Of a stretch of DNA of 56,794 bases, positions 23,743 to 37,065 are shown piece by piece. The stretch comes from Seison nebaliae. Its lineage: Eukaryota. Location of the stretch: the NCBI GenBank assembly GCA_023231475.1, contig JALJEE010000597.1, positions 1 through 56,794 of the forward strand, given 5' to 3'. Each line of letters starts with the position of its first letter. Position 1 is the first letter of the stretch. The position numbers were made by a program, and so were the translations under genes. The notes beneath the pieces were generated by a model. It was given only the letters and a program-made list of their open reading frames with translations. It was not told where the DNA came from and did not search any database.

Positions 23743-26183
23743 TTAAATTGGATTTGTACTTTCTTCGAACGGTTGTTGGGTCGTGTTAATCACTTCATCC
23801 ACTGTTATTTCTACTTTCTCCACAATTCCTCCACGATTAGCTGTAAAAAGAGAAATCTAAAAAAAAAATATATAATAATAAAATTTGAACGTCTTAATTC
23901 ATCCATTTCTTCTTGATATTTCTTCTTGTATTCTTCCGTCAAAAGAACAATCTTCTCGAAATCAACTCGTTGTTTCTTCTTCAATTCTTTCTTCTCTTCA
24001 CTGAGAGTGGAGAGTGCCAACGCGTCATCACTTTCATATTTTACTGAGAATTTTCCTAAATTTTTCCTGATTTTCTTCTTTTCTTCTGCTGGCAATAAAG
24101 ATTTTGGTCGAGGTCGCCATTGAAAGTCGATTAGAGTGTTGAATTCCTGTGACTCATAAAGCATATCTCCCTACAAATGATGATGATGAATGAATGATGA
24201 TGGATTTATAGAAAAAAGGAAAAATTTACCAAAAATGAATAAATTCTAATTTTACATTCGACACTTGCTGCTTTACCTCCTTCTACATTATGATAATAAG
24301 TGTTACGATAAAACGGATTATAAGAGACTGCTGCGAAAAATCTGATGGTAAATGAGAAAATAAAATGAAAATTTCATAGAGAAAATATTAACCGTCCAGT
24401 AGAATTCCATTCGATGGTGGAGAGACGACTCAAATCTTTCGATAAGAGAATCGTCTCATTATTCAGATTGACATCGACAATAATAAATCGACCCTCTTTC
24501 TCATTCGCCGATATATGAGCCAAAACCAGAAATTGGCCAAATGGCGACCATCGAATGGTATTGAAAACACTTCGTTGGGAATCGAACGAGAAGAATTTGA
24601 TAAATTTTTGATTTTTCTCATCAAATTTGTAGATAGACGTTCTGGGCGGAATTCCTTGTTCTTTTGCATTTTGAATAATCACAAAACGGTTTCCTGAACA
24701 AAAAAAATAATTGAAAAAAATTTATAAAAAAAAAGATTTTTCAAAAAATCAAATTTTCACCTTGTGGTTCCCAAGAGAATTCGAGAATTTTCTGATCAAC
24801 AAATTCCATCGTCTCGATCGCATTCTTTCCACGTTGTTGAATAGTGAACATTTCGAGTGTTGAAGAATTTCCTTCAGTTTTCAATGCTTTCGCTTTCGTC
24901 GTTGCTTTTCCTTTAATATATTTGTCATATCGAGCACAGAAATATTTTGATTCATTTTGCCATGCTAATTCACAACGGAGAACTCCAGTAAATGGATTTT
25001 TAGAAAGAAGTTCAGTTTGATTAATCGGATCTAAAAGTACGATTCTCGCTGGTGTATTGTCACTAGCACGACAATAAAGACCGATAAGATTAGTAGTTGG
25101 AGCCCAAATCATACTTTCCGCTTCTGGATAAGATGCTTTCCATTTCCGTTTGAAATCCATAGATGAATACAAAATAAGTCCTGGTGGTACTAAACGAGTG
25201 AAATATTCACCGTTATAATTCCACATAATACTCGGCCATTTTTCATCACATTCCAAATCGAATTCTCTTTTTAAAGTTTCGGAAATGACACTCCAAATTT
25301 TAATGGGATATTTCCTTCTGACAACTTCTTCATTTTCTTCAACTTGATTGAAATCGGGAGGTGAATAACCAACAATGAATCGTTCACATGGCGAGAAAAG
25401 GACATGTTGAATGAATTTTTGTTCAAATTTCCGAAACATTTTTAATTTGTCCCATAAAATACTTCCCTGTTCATGAATGGATGAGAGATACGTTCCCAAT
25501 GGAGACCATTTCACTCGATCGAATAAAAATCGATTGAAAACTTCTTTCGGTTTTGCAATTTTCATTTGCATCATATTGAACATCGTTCGTTGTTCTCGAA
25601 TATCATAAAAAATGGTGAAATATGAATTTATCATATCTGCATCACATGCCCAATTCCAGACATTGGGAGTTGGTGGAAATGGTTTAACAGCGAGATCTTT
25701 CTCTTCAACCGGTTCCACATTCGCTAAATCTTCCATATCGATCAATGAATGTAACATGAGTGTATGAGATCGATCAAGTCGATGTGTCGATAATTGATCG
25801 AATGCTTTAATGGTGGTGAGAGTATCATTATATTTGAGGAAAGCATATCCTTTCGTTTTTACTTTCTCTTCAACACTTTCAATCTCTTTATCGTAATTAG
25901 AAGAATTGAGACAATTACCATCAGTTAAAGGAATTCGTAAATCTTTTATCGATCCAACTGCCGAATAAATTTTTTTCAAAACTAAATAAATTTTTTCGAA
26001 TCGACTTTTTTCTGTTATGGGAACATTTCTAATGAAAAAATATTCTGCTAATGCATCCGGTTTCCTCGGTTGATTACCTAACGCTTTCTTTTCCACTTTC
26101 ATCAATTCCGTTTCCATCGAATATTTCTTCTTCACCTCCTCTAAATAATAAGAGAGCGGACGCTCTTCCTCATAATCCACCAT
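23743..26183 (-). CDS. EIF3B: Translation initiation factor eIF3 subunit B, 5 exons
   Basis: RRM (TKGYAFL, HRLDRSHT), WSPLGTYL, FSPCERF, FSWEPQG, WSPFGQF, FQWRPRP. Introns 24694-24760, 24342-24392, 24171-24229, 23841-23890. Confidence 0.9.
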
Positions 26184-26693
26184 ATCTTATCAATATTTAT
26201 TCGAATGCGATTACAAGAAATTCTAATAAAACAAATTCAAATAAGAAATTTTTAATATTTATTATGAAATTATTCTCGAAAATCTCACCAGAATAATTCC
26301 ATTAAAATTAACGGAGAGACAATGAATATGAATGAAAGAATAATATGCAAGAGGAAGAGATATCCAACTAAACATGTGGACGAGAAGTGGAATTTAATTA
26401 ATTTTAAAAATTTTCCATATAATCATATGGGAAAAAAAGTTAAAAAATTTTCAAATTTTCCTAATTCAAATTTTCCAACAACAACAGTTCGTTTTAGCTG
26501 AATCAAATTATAAATTTTTTTTCGATGTATCTTTCATTCCGAGTAATGTGTTAACATCCTCCAAATGGAAATTTGAGGAATTGAATAATTTCAATTTTCG
26601 TCTGATATTAAAATGTGGGAAATTTAGATGGAAAATAATATGTTTCTCTTTTTCTCCCACAAATCAGATTTGATAACTCTAGAATAACATAAA

Positions 26694-27128
26694 ATGGTTC
26701 GGATGAGTGTTTTAGCCGATGCCTTGAAGAGCATCAACAATGCAGAACGACGAGGCAAACGACAAGTGATGTTACGACCATCATCAAAAGTGATTGTCAA
26801 ATTTTTGGAAACGATGATGACGAAAGGATATATCGGAGAATTCGAAATGGTCGATGATCATCGTGGTGGAAAAATCGTCGTTCATTTAAATGGAAGATTA
26901 AATAAAGTTCTATTATTTTTAGTTCAATTTCTTATTTATTTTATATAGTGTGGTGTCATTTCACCGAGATTTGATGTTCCAGTTGACAATATAGAACAAT
27001 GGACGAAAAACCTGTTACCAAGTCGTCAATTCGGTTATATCGTTTTAACCACTTCATCTGGCATCTTCGACCATGAAGAAGCGAGAAAGAGACATGTGGG
27101 AGGAAAGATTTTAGGATTCTTCTTCTAA
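26694..27128 (+). CDS. RPS15A: 40S ribosomal protein S15a (uS8), 2 coding exons
   Basis: [18 protein letters not shown]...GRLNK, intron 26907-26948, [10 protein letters not shown]...GGKILGFFF stop. Confidence 0.97.
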
Positions 27129-27542
27129 GAACAGTTTTTGTCAGAATTTTCAAAATTTTGTTATTTGACCATATAAAATATTTATCGATGGTTTCTTATC
27201 ATTCTTTCTTGACTCGTTCGAGTGTTCACTGAAATAAAATCAGTCATCATCGGAATTATCAATTATTAATTGACGGAATTAATTCAAATGACTTTTGATA
27301 TTTCCTGAATTTATTAAAAATTTAATTTTTTGAATTTGTTCAAAAATTTTTTTTTTGAATTTTGTTAAAAATTTAATTTTTGGAATATTTTTAAATATTT
27401 TATTTTGAGCTTTCAATTAGGATGATAAGTTCCACGTAAATCTTTCCCAAACTCGTCTTGAACAACTTCTACTTTAGTCCATGTGGTTTCTTTGATTGTC
27501 AAATTATCAGACGATTCTAACTCTCTATTAGGAGTAGTAAAA

Positions 27543-28573
27543 ATGATTCGAATTTTAGCGACTGATAGTTTAAGTGAGAAATGTCAGAGGTTGTTGAAAG
27601 ATGGAAAATTCGCGTTGAAATTCCGAACTGATTTGGCGAAAGATGAGAAGAGTTTATGTGAAGAAGTGAAAAATTATGATGCTCTCATAGTTCGTAGTGG
27701 GACGGAAGTAACTCGTGCGATTATCGAAGCGGGAAAAGAAGGAAAATTGAAAGTGGTGGCACGAGCAGGAACTGGTTTGGACAATGTTGATGTAAATGCA
27801 GCGAATGAAAATGGAATTCGAGTTATAAAGTTTTATTTTATTTATAAATAATTTAATTTATTTTTAAACGTATTTATATTAGTACGCCCAGTGCTAATAC
27901 AATATCGGCAGTAGAATTGACTTGCATTCATTTGTTATCAATTCGACGTTATTTTATTCCTTCATCAAATGAATTGAAATTGGAAGGGAAATGGAATCGA
28001 TCCAAATGGATGGGCAATGAAGTGATGGGAAAGAAAGTTTTGATTTTGGGATTGGGTCGAATCGGACGAGAAGTAAGTAAACGTTTATCATCATTCGGAA
28101 TGAATATTATCGGTTATGATCCACTTATCAATCGTTCGATGAAAGAGAAATGTGAAGAATTATTGAAAGAATCTAAAACAGAAGTTATCGACAAATTGAC
28201 TGATGAAATTTGGTCTGATGTCGATTATATTACCATTCACGTTCCATTATTGGACACTACGAGACATTTGATTAATGAGAAAAATTTGAAATTATTCAAA
28301 TCAAATATCACCATCGTTAATTGTTCGAGAGGTGGAATTATTGATGACGAAGCATTATTCAAACAATTGGAGAAGAATCCGAGTCAAATGGCTTCATTGG
28401 ATGTATTTGAAGACGAACCTCCAAAAAAAGAAATTACAAAACAATTACTCAAATTATCAAATGTCATTCCTACTCCACATCTTGGTGCGTCGACATTGGA
28501 AGCTCAAGAAAGAATTGGTGAAGAATTGGTAGAATTGTTATTGAAATATTTTAATTCTTGTCAAAATGAATAA
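27543..28573 (+). CDS. PHGDH: D-3-phosphoglycerate dehydrogenase, short (~325 aa) form
   Basis: LIVRSGT.VT, RAGTGLDNVD, intron 27830-27882, NTPSANT, GLGRIG, NCSRGG, DVFEDEPP, TPHLGAST.EAQ. Confidence 0.9.
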
Positions 28574-28618
28574 AGCGTAAAATTTAAATTTTATTCGTAG
28601 ATCTATAAAATAAAAATT

Positions 28619-30200
28619 TCAAATCATTTTCTTCATTTTATTATCTTCTAATCTTTTCATCGTTACAATCGATGTAATGATCGATATGAGGGAAATTATC
28701 GAATAACACCATTCCAAATTCAATAACCAATAAACTTCGAATAGAAAAAGAATTGTTAAGAAATTGAAAATGTTTAAAATAAAAAAAAAAACTTAAAGAA
28801 ACAAGAAATGGTCCAATGGCACGAGCTAATGATCCTTGTGATCTCAATCGTCCCAGAATAAATCCTCGCTCTTCCATATCAGTAATATTACTCACATATG
28901 ATGTGAGTAATGGTACGATGGTTGTTGCTCCCATACTGAATGGAATAAGATTAACATAAAACCAAAATTCATTATACGAAATGGCTAAAGTGAAGTAGCT
29001 AATTGATGTAAGAATAATTGTCTTTATAATCGATGAGAATTAATTTTAAAATTTCAAAAATTCAAACGAACAAATAACTAACAATAAAACAAGTTGATAA
29101 TAATTGTTGAGATGATATTCGACGAATGAATGTGCCTTGACATAGAATCATGAGAAAACCGGTAAATAATAATAATTTGCCTTGTTGACTACTGGTATAA
29201 TTGAAGCGTGATTGAGTCACATATGTTATCGTATTTTCGATACCAGAGAATAAAAGTAAGAAATAGAAATATGCATTCTCCACATTACCAATTTGAATTT
29301 TATTTTGTCGTTTTGTTTGAACATTCGACATCGATTCATCTTTGACCTTTGAAAAAAAATAATTTTTTAATTTAATCACTGAATATTTAACTGATTTCTT
29401 TGATTTCGATTCTTTCACGAAAAGAAGAAGAATCAATAAATGAAAGATTGATAATATGATTGAAATTTTGGAATGATGGTTCCAATCGAAATTGTTGGAG
29501 GAATCAACAGCTGGAATGCAGACACTGAGTAATGGACCGATGATGAATCCGAAAGAAAATGCGATTCCAAATAATGCCTTAAAATTAGATTTAGTTATTT
29601 TCATGAACAAATCAATTGATTGATAACCATTACTTTGGATCGATCTTTTGTGTCGGTCAGATCAGTTCCCATAGCGACGGCGATGGTCAAAGTGTTCCTG
29701 AATGATCCTCCTACCATTCGACATAATATGAAGAGGAAAAAGGAATTGATTGATAAATGCCAAAATATATTAGATATAATCGCTCCAATCTATTTGAGAA
29801 ATGAAAATTTAAATTTTTCGAAAGAAAATTAACGGCACATAAAATTAAAAGACGACGTCGACCATAAATGTCGGAGGCTTTTCCGAACATCGGTGAATTG
29901 AGCCATTTGAGAAGGGAGAATAAAGATGCAAGAATACCACCAATCAGAATATAAGTTCGTTTTTCTATTTCATTTTCTTCAATAAAATATCTTAAGAGAT
30001 TGGAGAGATATCGTTCGATTTGAAGATATGTTGGATCCTTTTTCGAATAGATTGAAGAGAAATTTTAATATGAACAAAATTTAAACTTCTCTTTTTTTGA
30101 AATGGAGAAAGATTTTTGGGAGGAGTGGAAGTATTATGGTGAAAGAAACCAGGTCGACAATGAGGGCGAAGAATATTACGAATATTTGTTTGTTCAACAT
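28619..30200 (-). CDS. MFSD10: MFS transporter MFSD10/TETRAN-like, 7 exons
   Basis: DLVSFTIILPLLP, G.ASDIYGRR, GIAFSFGFIIGP, FSGIE.T, G.LRS.GSLARAIGP. Introns 30038-30086, 29790-29833, 29578-29627, 29347-29391, 29022-29082, 28735-28792. Confidence 0.85.
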
Positions 30201-31226
30201 TTTATTTTTCGTTCTACGAAGGAAACTTTTGAATTTTGACAATTTCACATGAAATATTTTAAATAGATAAATTGATTATTGGGACTAACAATTATTGGGA
30301 GAACATATTTAACATTCTCTTTATTATTTTCGTGATTTTATTTTTCTGTAAATATGGACAATTCTCCATAAGGACCATATGTTCAACGATAAAACATTTT
30401 GATTAAATTTCTTTCTTTATAGAGAAAGGAATGAATGAATGACATCCATCAGTTACTGTTATCGAGAAGGGAGAAGTAACATAAGTATATTTTGTCCACG
30501 TAAGACCTTGTGAGAAGAGAGACTAGTGTACATAAATAACATTAAGAAAGGAAAAGCAATGAAAATAAATGACGTTAGTCACATATGTAATCGTTAATGG
30601 ACTTCACATGTCATGACGTTCATTCCTGACATCAGGTTTATGTCAGGAATAGCATATAAATTATTATCCTATCTCTCAATTTTTCTTCTGTTTTAATTTA
30701 AATAATTGAGCGACGCATCTTACTTAAATGTACTCAACTACGTGAGTAAGAATTATCATTTCCGTTTCTAAAATTTAATTCAACTTTTAAATTATCTAGT
30801 TGAAGATAATTATTAAAATGAAAAAGAACATTTGAAATTTAATTAACTTACCGTCATATTGAATAATAATATTTAAATTGATCACTAACAATGAGTATTA
30901 ACAAGAATTGTAAGTTTAAATTAAGTTTAAGGATTGAAAAGAAAGTTTCTTAAAAGTTTTTTACATTGCAGTTTTAATTCGGAACCGAAAATGTATAAGT
31001 TACAAAGTTAAAATGTTCGATATTTTCATCAGCTCCTAAACTTGCCGCTAATAAAACGTATATTCATTTCGTAATAAGTTTAGTATGAAGTTTATATTTT
31101 AAATATTTATTTATTAAGAACAACTAAAAAATTTCCGATTTTATTTCATAGCGATCAGAAAATAGATCAAATGAAGAAAAAAAATGTTTTAACTACTTCT
31201 ATATTTAATTAAAAAGATCCAATAAT

Positions 31227-31454
31227 CTATTTTTTCACTTGCACGGAACAAAATTCTTCCAAAGTAATCCCGTCGTCATTATCGTTGTCATGTTTCTTCA
31301 TAATACGATTGACGTCTGCTTCGCTAGCCAAACCTCCAATCATTGCTGCAACTTCATTAAGTGCATCACGAACTTCTTGTCGAGTTAAAGTTCCATCACC
31401 ATTCTTATCCCACTTTTTGAAAGTTTCTTCTAAATATTTTCGATTGTTACTCAT
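31227..31454 (-). CDS. Small two-EF-hand calcium-binding protein (75 aa)
   Basis: Canonical loops DKNGDGTLTRQE and DNDNDDGITLEE. Confidence 0.85.
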   Translation of the reverse strand: MSNNRKYLEETFKKWDKNGDGTLTRQEVRDALNEVAAMIGGLASEADVNRIMKKHDNDNDDGITLEEFCSVQVKK

Positions 31455-32799
31455 CTTAAGTTACTGAAAAAAATATGGGTAAGATAGAAATACAAATAAT
31501 AAACTTCCTCGTAATATAAAACTAATTGATGACGTAACTAACAACAGTTAAATAATAACAACTATGATGACCTTCTAATATTTAACGAATGATATGAAGA
31601 ATTATTAATCAATATCACATCGATTGCAATCAGAAACAATTTCCGATTATTGATCAGTATGAAAAATCGTTCAACATCATTATTTTTCATCATTAATTAT
31701 CTTCAACTCAATTCAGTCCTATTGTCAACAACGGCCATTAAATGCAAGTATCATTGCTAGTGATCAAGCTTAATTTCGGAAACATACGAAAATTAAGATC
31801 AGGTATTGTGTCTGATTTATTAGCTAAATATACCACTTTTATAAGGAATAATGAAAACCGAAGGAAATTGATGGAAGCATCCGTTGGCATCTATTTCATT
31901 AATGACGGAGAACTTTTAAGGTATAATCATTGACGTGAAAACCATATTAATGGGAAGGAAAATGTCTAATGAAACGATCTATCAATTTACCGATTCGATC
32001 TGTTGAAGCAACAAATTTGACGTAAAATGTGAAACGATTTTATTCTCTGTAAGTTCTGACTTCAGGTAAGATGTTTCATTAAGGAAACCTAAAAACGGTG
32101 AAGTGTATTCATGGAATATTTTGAGGGGTGGTTCGTTGGAAGAAACTATAATTAAGGCAATGCATTTATTGGAAATGATTTCTCTTTTTCTCCTATTGGT
32201 TTAAACTTATTGTTATACTATTGACTTTACATCCTCATTTATGTTTGATCTGATATATTTTCCGTTTTTTCATTTATATCGATAACGATAGGGACGACCA
32301 CAATTATCATCTGTGGGTTTTTCTTCTTAACGATTATTGATTCTGCCCAATCATACAATATTTACTATTAATGATTTCTTATAACTTTCCATCAAGCTTA
32401 CGTACCCGAACTTTATGTTTTTTATCCTTCATTTGTCAATTGCCTTAAAAGAATTTACTTTCATAATAAAGAGTTTTTAAATTAATTTTATATCCATTTC
32501 CAAAAGTTCCAGAGAAATTCTGTTGGTCCTTTTCATAAAATATACGAAAACATATGTCCGAAGAATTTTGTCCTCGTATGGTAGTGTGAGATAATTCTAA
32601 AATATTCTTTCATTTCTCTATTCTTCTCCAAAATATTAAGAGCGCACAAAATTTAGTACTCGTGTACATTATTGAATAAAATTAATATAAACGGTGACCG
32701 TTGGAACAATATAATAATTCATACATGTATACGTGGAAAATAGTTTTTTGTACAGTTAACTGTCAATTGGAAAATTATATTTGTATAAGATAAAACAAG

Positions 32800-34431
32800 A
32801 TGTGTGATTCTTTTATGGAACTTAATCAGATTACGAACAAAATCTTAAACCGTGTTCAGTTGGTCAAAAGTGCGTTGGTTCCGAGAACTATGATTGATTT
32901 TCGGCCTTTTCCTCCAAATTTCTCATTTTTCCTCGGATCAGCTCGAACTCTTATCTTAACAGGTATGGTTGGGACTTTAGCAGTCAATATGACAATTGAA
33001 ATTGGAGAAGATTGGTATAATTATGCGAAAAGTTGGTATGGTGAGAAAAGACGAGACTGGAGAATGAAGTTGGATTCAAATAAGAATTTAACAAAAGAAA
33101 ATCAGGAACTGATCACGAAAACTCAAGGATATAATATCCTTGAATTTTCGTCTTCAAGACCTGAAGCTCTGTCGGGAATAAATTCGAATGATGAATATAA
33201 TACCATAGATTTAAGAGAAAAAATTAAAATTTTCAATTGTCAATTAATCACTCTAGATCGAACCATGAGGAACAATGGACAGATGGGTAAAATAAATATT
33301 CCGATGCTTACTCGATACATGTCCAAATTGAAACTGGAAGGAGATATAGCCGATTGTCGATCGGCATTTAAATGTCGATCAAGTCAAATGCATTCGACCG
33401 ATATTTTATGTGAATGTACAAACTATACTCAGATTCTGGAATTAGATGTAGTGGACGAAATGGTCGGTTTAATATTTCATTCAATTGTAGTTGAATTTAA
33501 TAGGAAAACTCGTCGAATATCCGAGTCCAATTTACCAATATTTCCACCCAAATATCTTTCTCAATGGAAAACGATTGATATATTATTAATTATTAAACAT
33601 ATGGTAGAAACTGATTATCAGACACTAGAGAATATTCGTATACGTTTGGAAGTGATTGGTTTCCTATGTTACATTCAGATAAATAAAACCTTCAAAATGG
33701 TTTATAAATATCTAACGAACTTGTTAGGCGATCCCGAATTGCAATTAACATTCGAAGATATTTCTGTTCATTCATTCATTGATGATTTAGCGAAAAGTAG
33801 CAAATTAGTAGCTAATCTTGATGATGTTGATAAGAAAGAAAAGGAAGAAGAAAATTACAAAAATCCGAAGAATATTCAAGAAGAAATGAAAAGTAAAACT
33901 ATAAATATTTTAGGACGATTTAATAATAGTTTGTCCCATTCAAATTTGGTGGATAAATTTATTTCTGAACTCGAAACAAATTATGAAAACGATTTTCTGA
34001 CAATGAAAAAAGATGAATTGATAGGCTTTATCGAAGACTGTTCCATTGGTTATTATCGGCAAATATTCGTGACAAATACATTACTACCAATTCTTAACAA
34101 TATAATTTTGGAGCAAAATAAACAAAAAGAAATGTTTACTGAAATTTACAGAGAATTGAAATTGGATTACAAAAACAAAAATAAAAAAGGCATTAATATG
34201 GAATATGATTTCCGATTATTGGAAAGAAAATTATCGGATATTGATTTGGAAATAGAGAAAATTGTGAATCTCGTGTACATTGTTGAGCTGGATGATCAGA
34301 ATAGAAAAAACAGGTCTACCGTCGTTCCTTTGGAACACATCTTCCAAATGTTATTATTTTATTTGATGTTGCAACCGGAAAATTATTTTACATTAACGGA
34401 ATACATAGGAAGAATTCTTTTACAACCATAG
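32800..34431 (+). CDS. Intronless orphan protein (543 aa, mostly helical)
   Basis: 1.6-kb open frame in very AT-rich DNA; hydrophobic stretch near residues 40-65; no recognised motif. Confidence 0.7.
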   Translation: MCDSFMELNQITNKILNRVQLVKSALVPRTMIDFRPFPPNFSFFLGSARTLILTGMVGTLAVNMTIEIGEDWYNYAKSWYGEKRRDWRMKLDSNKNLTKENQELITKTQGYNILEFSSSRPEALSGINSNDEYNTIDLREKIKIFNCQLITLDRTMRNNGQMGKINIPMLTRYMSKLKLEGDIADCRSAFKCRSSQMHSTDILCECTNYTQILELDVVDEMVGLIFHSIVVEFNRKTRRISESNLPIFPPKYLSQWKTIDILLIIKHMVETDYQTLENIRIRLEVIGFLCYIQINKTFKMVYKYLTNLLGDPELQLTFEDISVHSFIDDLAKSSKLVANLDDVDKKEKEEENYKNPKNIQEEMKSKTINILGRFNNSLSHSNLVDKFISELETNYENDFLTMKKDELIGFIEDCSIGYYRQIFVTNTLLPILNNIILEQNKQKEMFTEIYRELKLDYKNKNKKGINMEYDFRLLERKLSDIDLEIEKIVNLVYIVELDDQNRKNRSTVVPLEHIFQMLLFYLMLQPENYFTLTEYIGRILLQP

Positions 34432-35015
34432 TTCATTTTATGATAATTTAGTTTTGGTACGTTTTTTACTTTTCCATTATCTTATAATTTCAAATCTTTT
34501 ATTAACCAATAAAAATCTTTTTTTTAATTTGTAATTTTAAATCAAAGGACAATTATCGTTTTTGATCATGTGACTGACAATATGAGTTATTAAAATGAAA
34601 AACTCAATTTAACTTGCTAGAAATTAAATCAAATGTTGATCGTTTTGGAAAAAAATCTCTCTGGCAAAATGCACATCATCAATTTGTCGATTATTTTATA
34701 AAGTTTTGGTCGAAATTTTTTAACCAAAGTATGAGTATTGTACAATGTAATGAAATAAATTAGATTGAGATTAAATTTGCTCTTGACTTGGATGATTTAT
34801 TCATTCTTTTGAAACGATATAGAAGAGAACTTAACAATTGGAACGAAAAGAAATATCAGTAAAGAATTTCGATGTATCTTGATTACATATGATGATATAT
34901 AATAATCATGTCGTCATAATAATGAGTATTGTGTAAATAAATAGAAACATAAAATTTTCACTGAATTTTTCTCATCGCGTGTAAAACATTAAGCAGGAAA
35001 TAAATTGATATACAT

Positions 35016-35088
35016 GCCCGCTTAGCTCAGTCGGTAGAGCGTGGGACTTTTAATCCTAAGGTCCAGGGTTCGAGCCCCTGGGTGGGCG
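35016..35088 (+). tRNA. tRNA-Lys (anticodon TTT)
   Basis: Cloverleaf: acceptor GCCCGCT/GGTGGGC, A box TAGCTCAGTCGG, anticodon arm TGGGA-CTTTTAA-TCCTA, T loop GGTTCGAGCC, T-run terminator just downstream. Confidence 0.97.
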
Positions 35089-35869
35089 GTAAATTTTTCA
35101 TTTTTCATACGATCTCCCGATTCCCAATTGCATTAGTATTACCAATTTGGTAATAATAGTGTCGTGGCGTTCGTAGAATGAAAGAGGATTGGAAAAAGAA
35201 GCTGAGGACCTCGTGAAAAAAGGAAACAAGTTCTTGTAAGTAAGATAAAACAATAAATTGAAATAAAATAAAATCTTATTCTTTCTTTCTTTGTATCTTA
35301 ATTCTGAATCTTCTTCAATGATTAATGGACTCTGTCAATCTCAACGAAAATTTCTTCGGGGATGAACAAAAGCCACAACAAAAATCAAGTATCAATAAAT
35401 CGATTTTTCACAAGATATTTATTTAATAAACACATTTTTAATGATTTGCACCAATTTCAAAAACTTGAGGCTCTATTTAATAGGGAATTTAGGTAAGGAT
35501 CTTTGGTTAAGTTATTCATAATGCTTTTATGAAGATTTTGAAAAAATGATAACCATCGGGAGAATATTCATGAATGAATGAAAGAGACAACTAGTTATAT
35601 TAAGATAATTTGGAAATAGTTTGTCGAATTGAAATATTTCTGAATTGGAAATAAATTACAAAAATGATTATTTAAAATATAAAATAGTTCAATAAATAAT
35701 AATGATGTTCAATAAATTTTAAATAAATATTATATAGCTTGAGGGAAATTTTTCAGATTATTCGCGCAATAATTTCCAAGTCTTATAAAAAGTGAATTAA
35801 CTGGGAACAAAAAAAATTCTGGAAACTTTCAATTTGAATAAACATGTAAAAATTATCATATAATTTGAT

Positions 35870-36629
35870 TTAATTTAAATATCCACAACAATTTACCGAT
35901 CCGCATAAACATCGTTTTGTTTTTTTTGGTTCATTTGAATTGTATAAGTTTCTTATGTGAAACGAGCCGCCATACTCGAACAATAATTCTTCTTCTTTAC
36001 TTATATTCCTTGTGGTTTTCAAGTAAGCATGAGGTAAACTTAAAAATTCGTTGTATACAATTTCTAATTTCAAGTTAGCTTTCTCATCACATCCATTATT
36101 AATAAAACGTGCAATATTTCCATAATCGGTGGCATCGATAATAGTTTTTCGTGAAAAATTTTTTGAATTTTCATTAATTGTTAAAATGTAACTGTGTTGT
36201 TGGTTTTGTGTTGTAGGATATCTCATCTGTAATTCTTCCTCACTAATCCATTCTCCGTGATATTCACACACGAATTGATCACGATTAATTTCACATTTAG
36301 ATCGAACACCCATTCCGTAGGAATTTGTATCGTATAATTCCAACTTTTCCAAATTTTCTAGAATATAATTATCTAAATTATTCATACAACTCTTTTCTTT
36401 ACAAGTACATTTATTTTCTGAACATTTCAAATAATAAAAATTGTTGTTTAATTTTGAACAAGTACAATTTTCTGGATTACATTCATCTTCACAATCACAT
36501 CCTTCAATTCTATCATCTGTCAATTCATCGATGGAATGATGTGGAATATTATAATTGATTTCCTGAAAATACAAAAAATTCCAATGAACATTCAATATTT
36601 TGATTATAAATACTAACTATGTATGACAT
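35870..36629 (-). CDS. Stand-alone pre-SET/SET/post-SET lysine methyltransferase (SETMAR-SET-like), 2 exons
   Basis: GCDC..C....CTC pre-SET, GMGV, FVCEY.GE, IDAT.YGNIARFINNGC, EELLFEY, CLCGSVNC. ATG 36629 and intron 36563-36617. Confidence 0.85.
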
Positions 36630-36709
36630 AAATTGAATATTATAATATATTTGTCTTCATTCTAATAAAAATTCTGCGAAATATAAACTGACTATATAAA
36701 GGAACTGAT

Positions 36710-37065
36710 AAGGGAATGGTACGCGTTCGCATCCGCCGTATGACTCGAAAAAAATCATGGAGATAGGAAAAATAAAGTTAAAGAGATGTGTAAATTTTTT
36801 AATCCTTACAAGGTATTCTTGTTAGTCGAAGTATTCCACCCGGTTTTTTGCCTTAATTTTATGTATATATTAAATAATTTTTTATACAAATGAAAACACC
36901 TACATACATACCTACATCTACATACGGAATAGAAAAAGGTCAAAATTCTGGTGTAATACTTCGACTAACGATAAAAAAATTTACACATCTCTTTAACTTT
37001 ATTTTTCCTATCTCCATGATTTTTTTGGAGTCAGACAGACCGATGCTAACGCATTCCATTCCCTT
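36710..37065. mobile_element. Foldback/MITE-like non-autonomous element with ~130-145 bp imperfect terminal inverted repeats
   Basis: 36710-36854 is the reverse complement of 36936-37065, including a long perfect core (aaaaaatcatggagataggaaaaataaagttaaagagatgtgtaaatttttt); ~80-bp spacer; TSD not clear. Confidence 0.85.

Noticed and set aside
27543..28573. PHGDH lacking the C-terminal ASB/ACT domains as a novelty
   Set aside because: Short forms are already known in several invertebrates.
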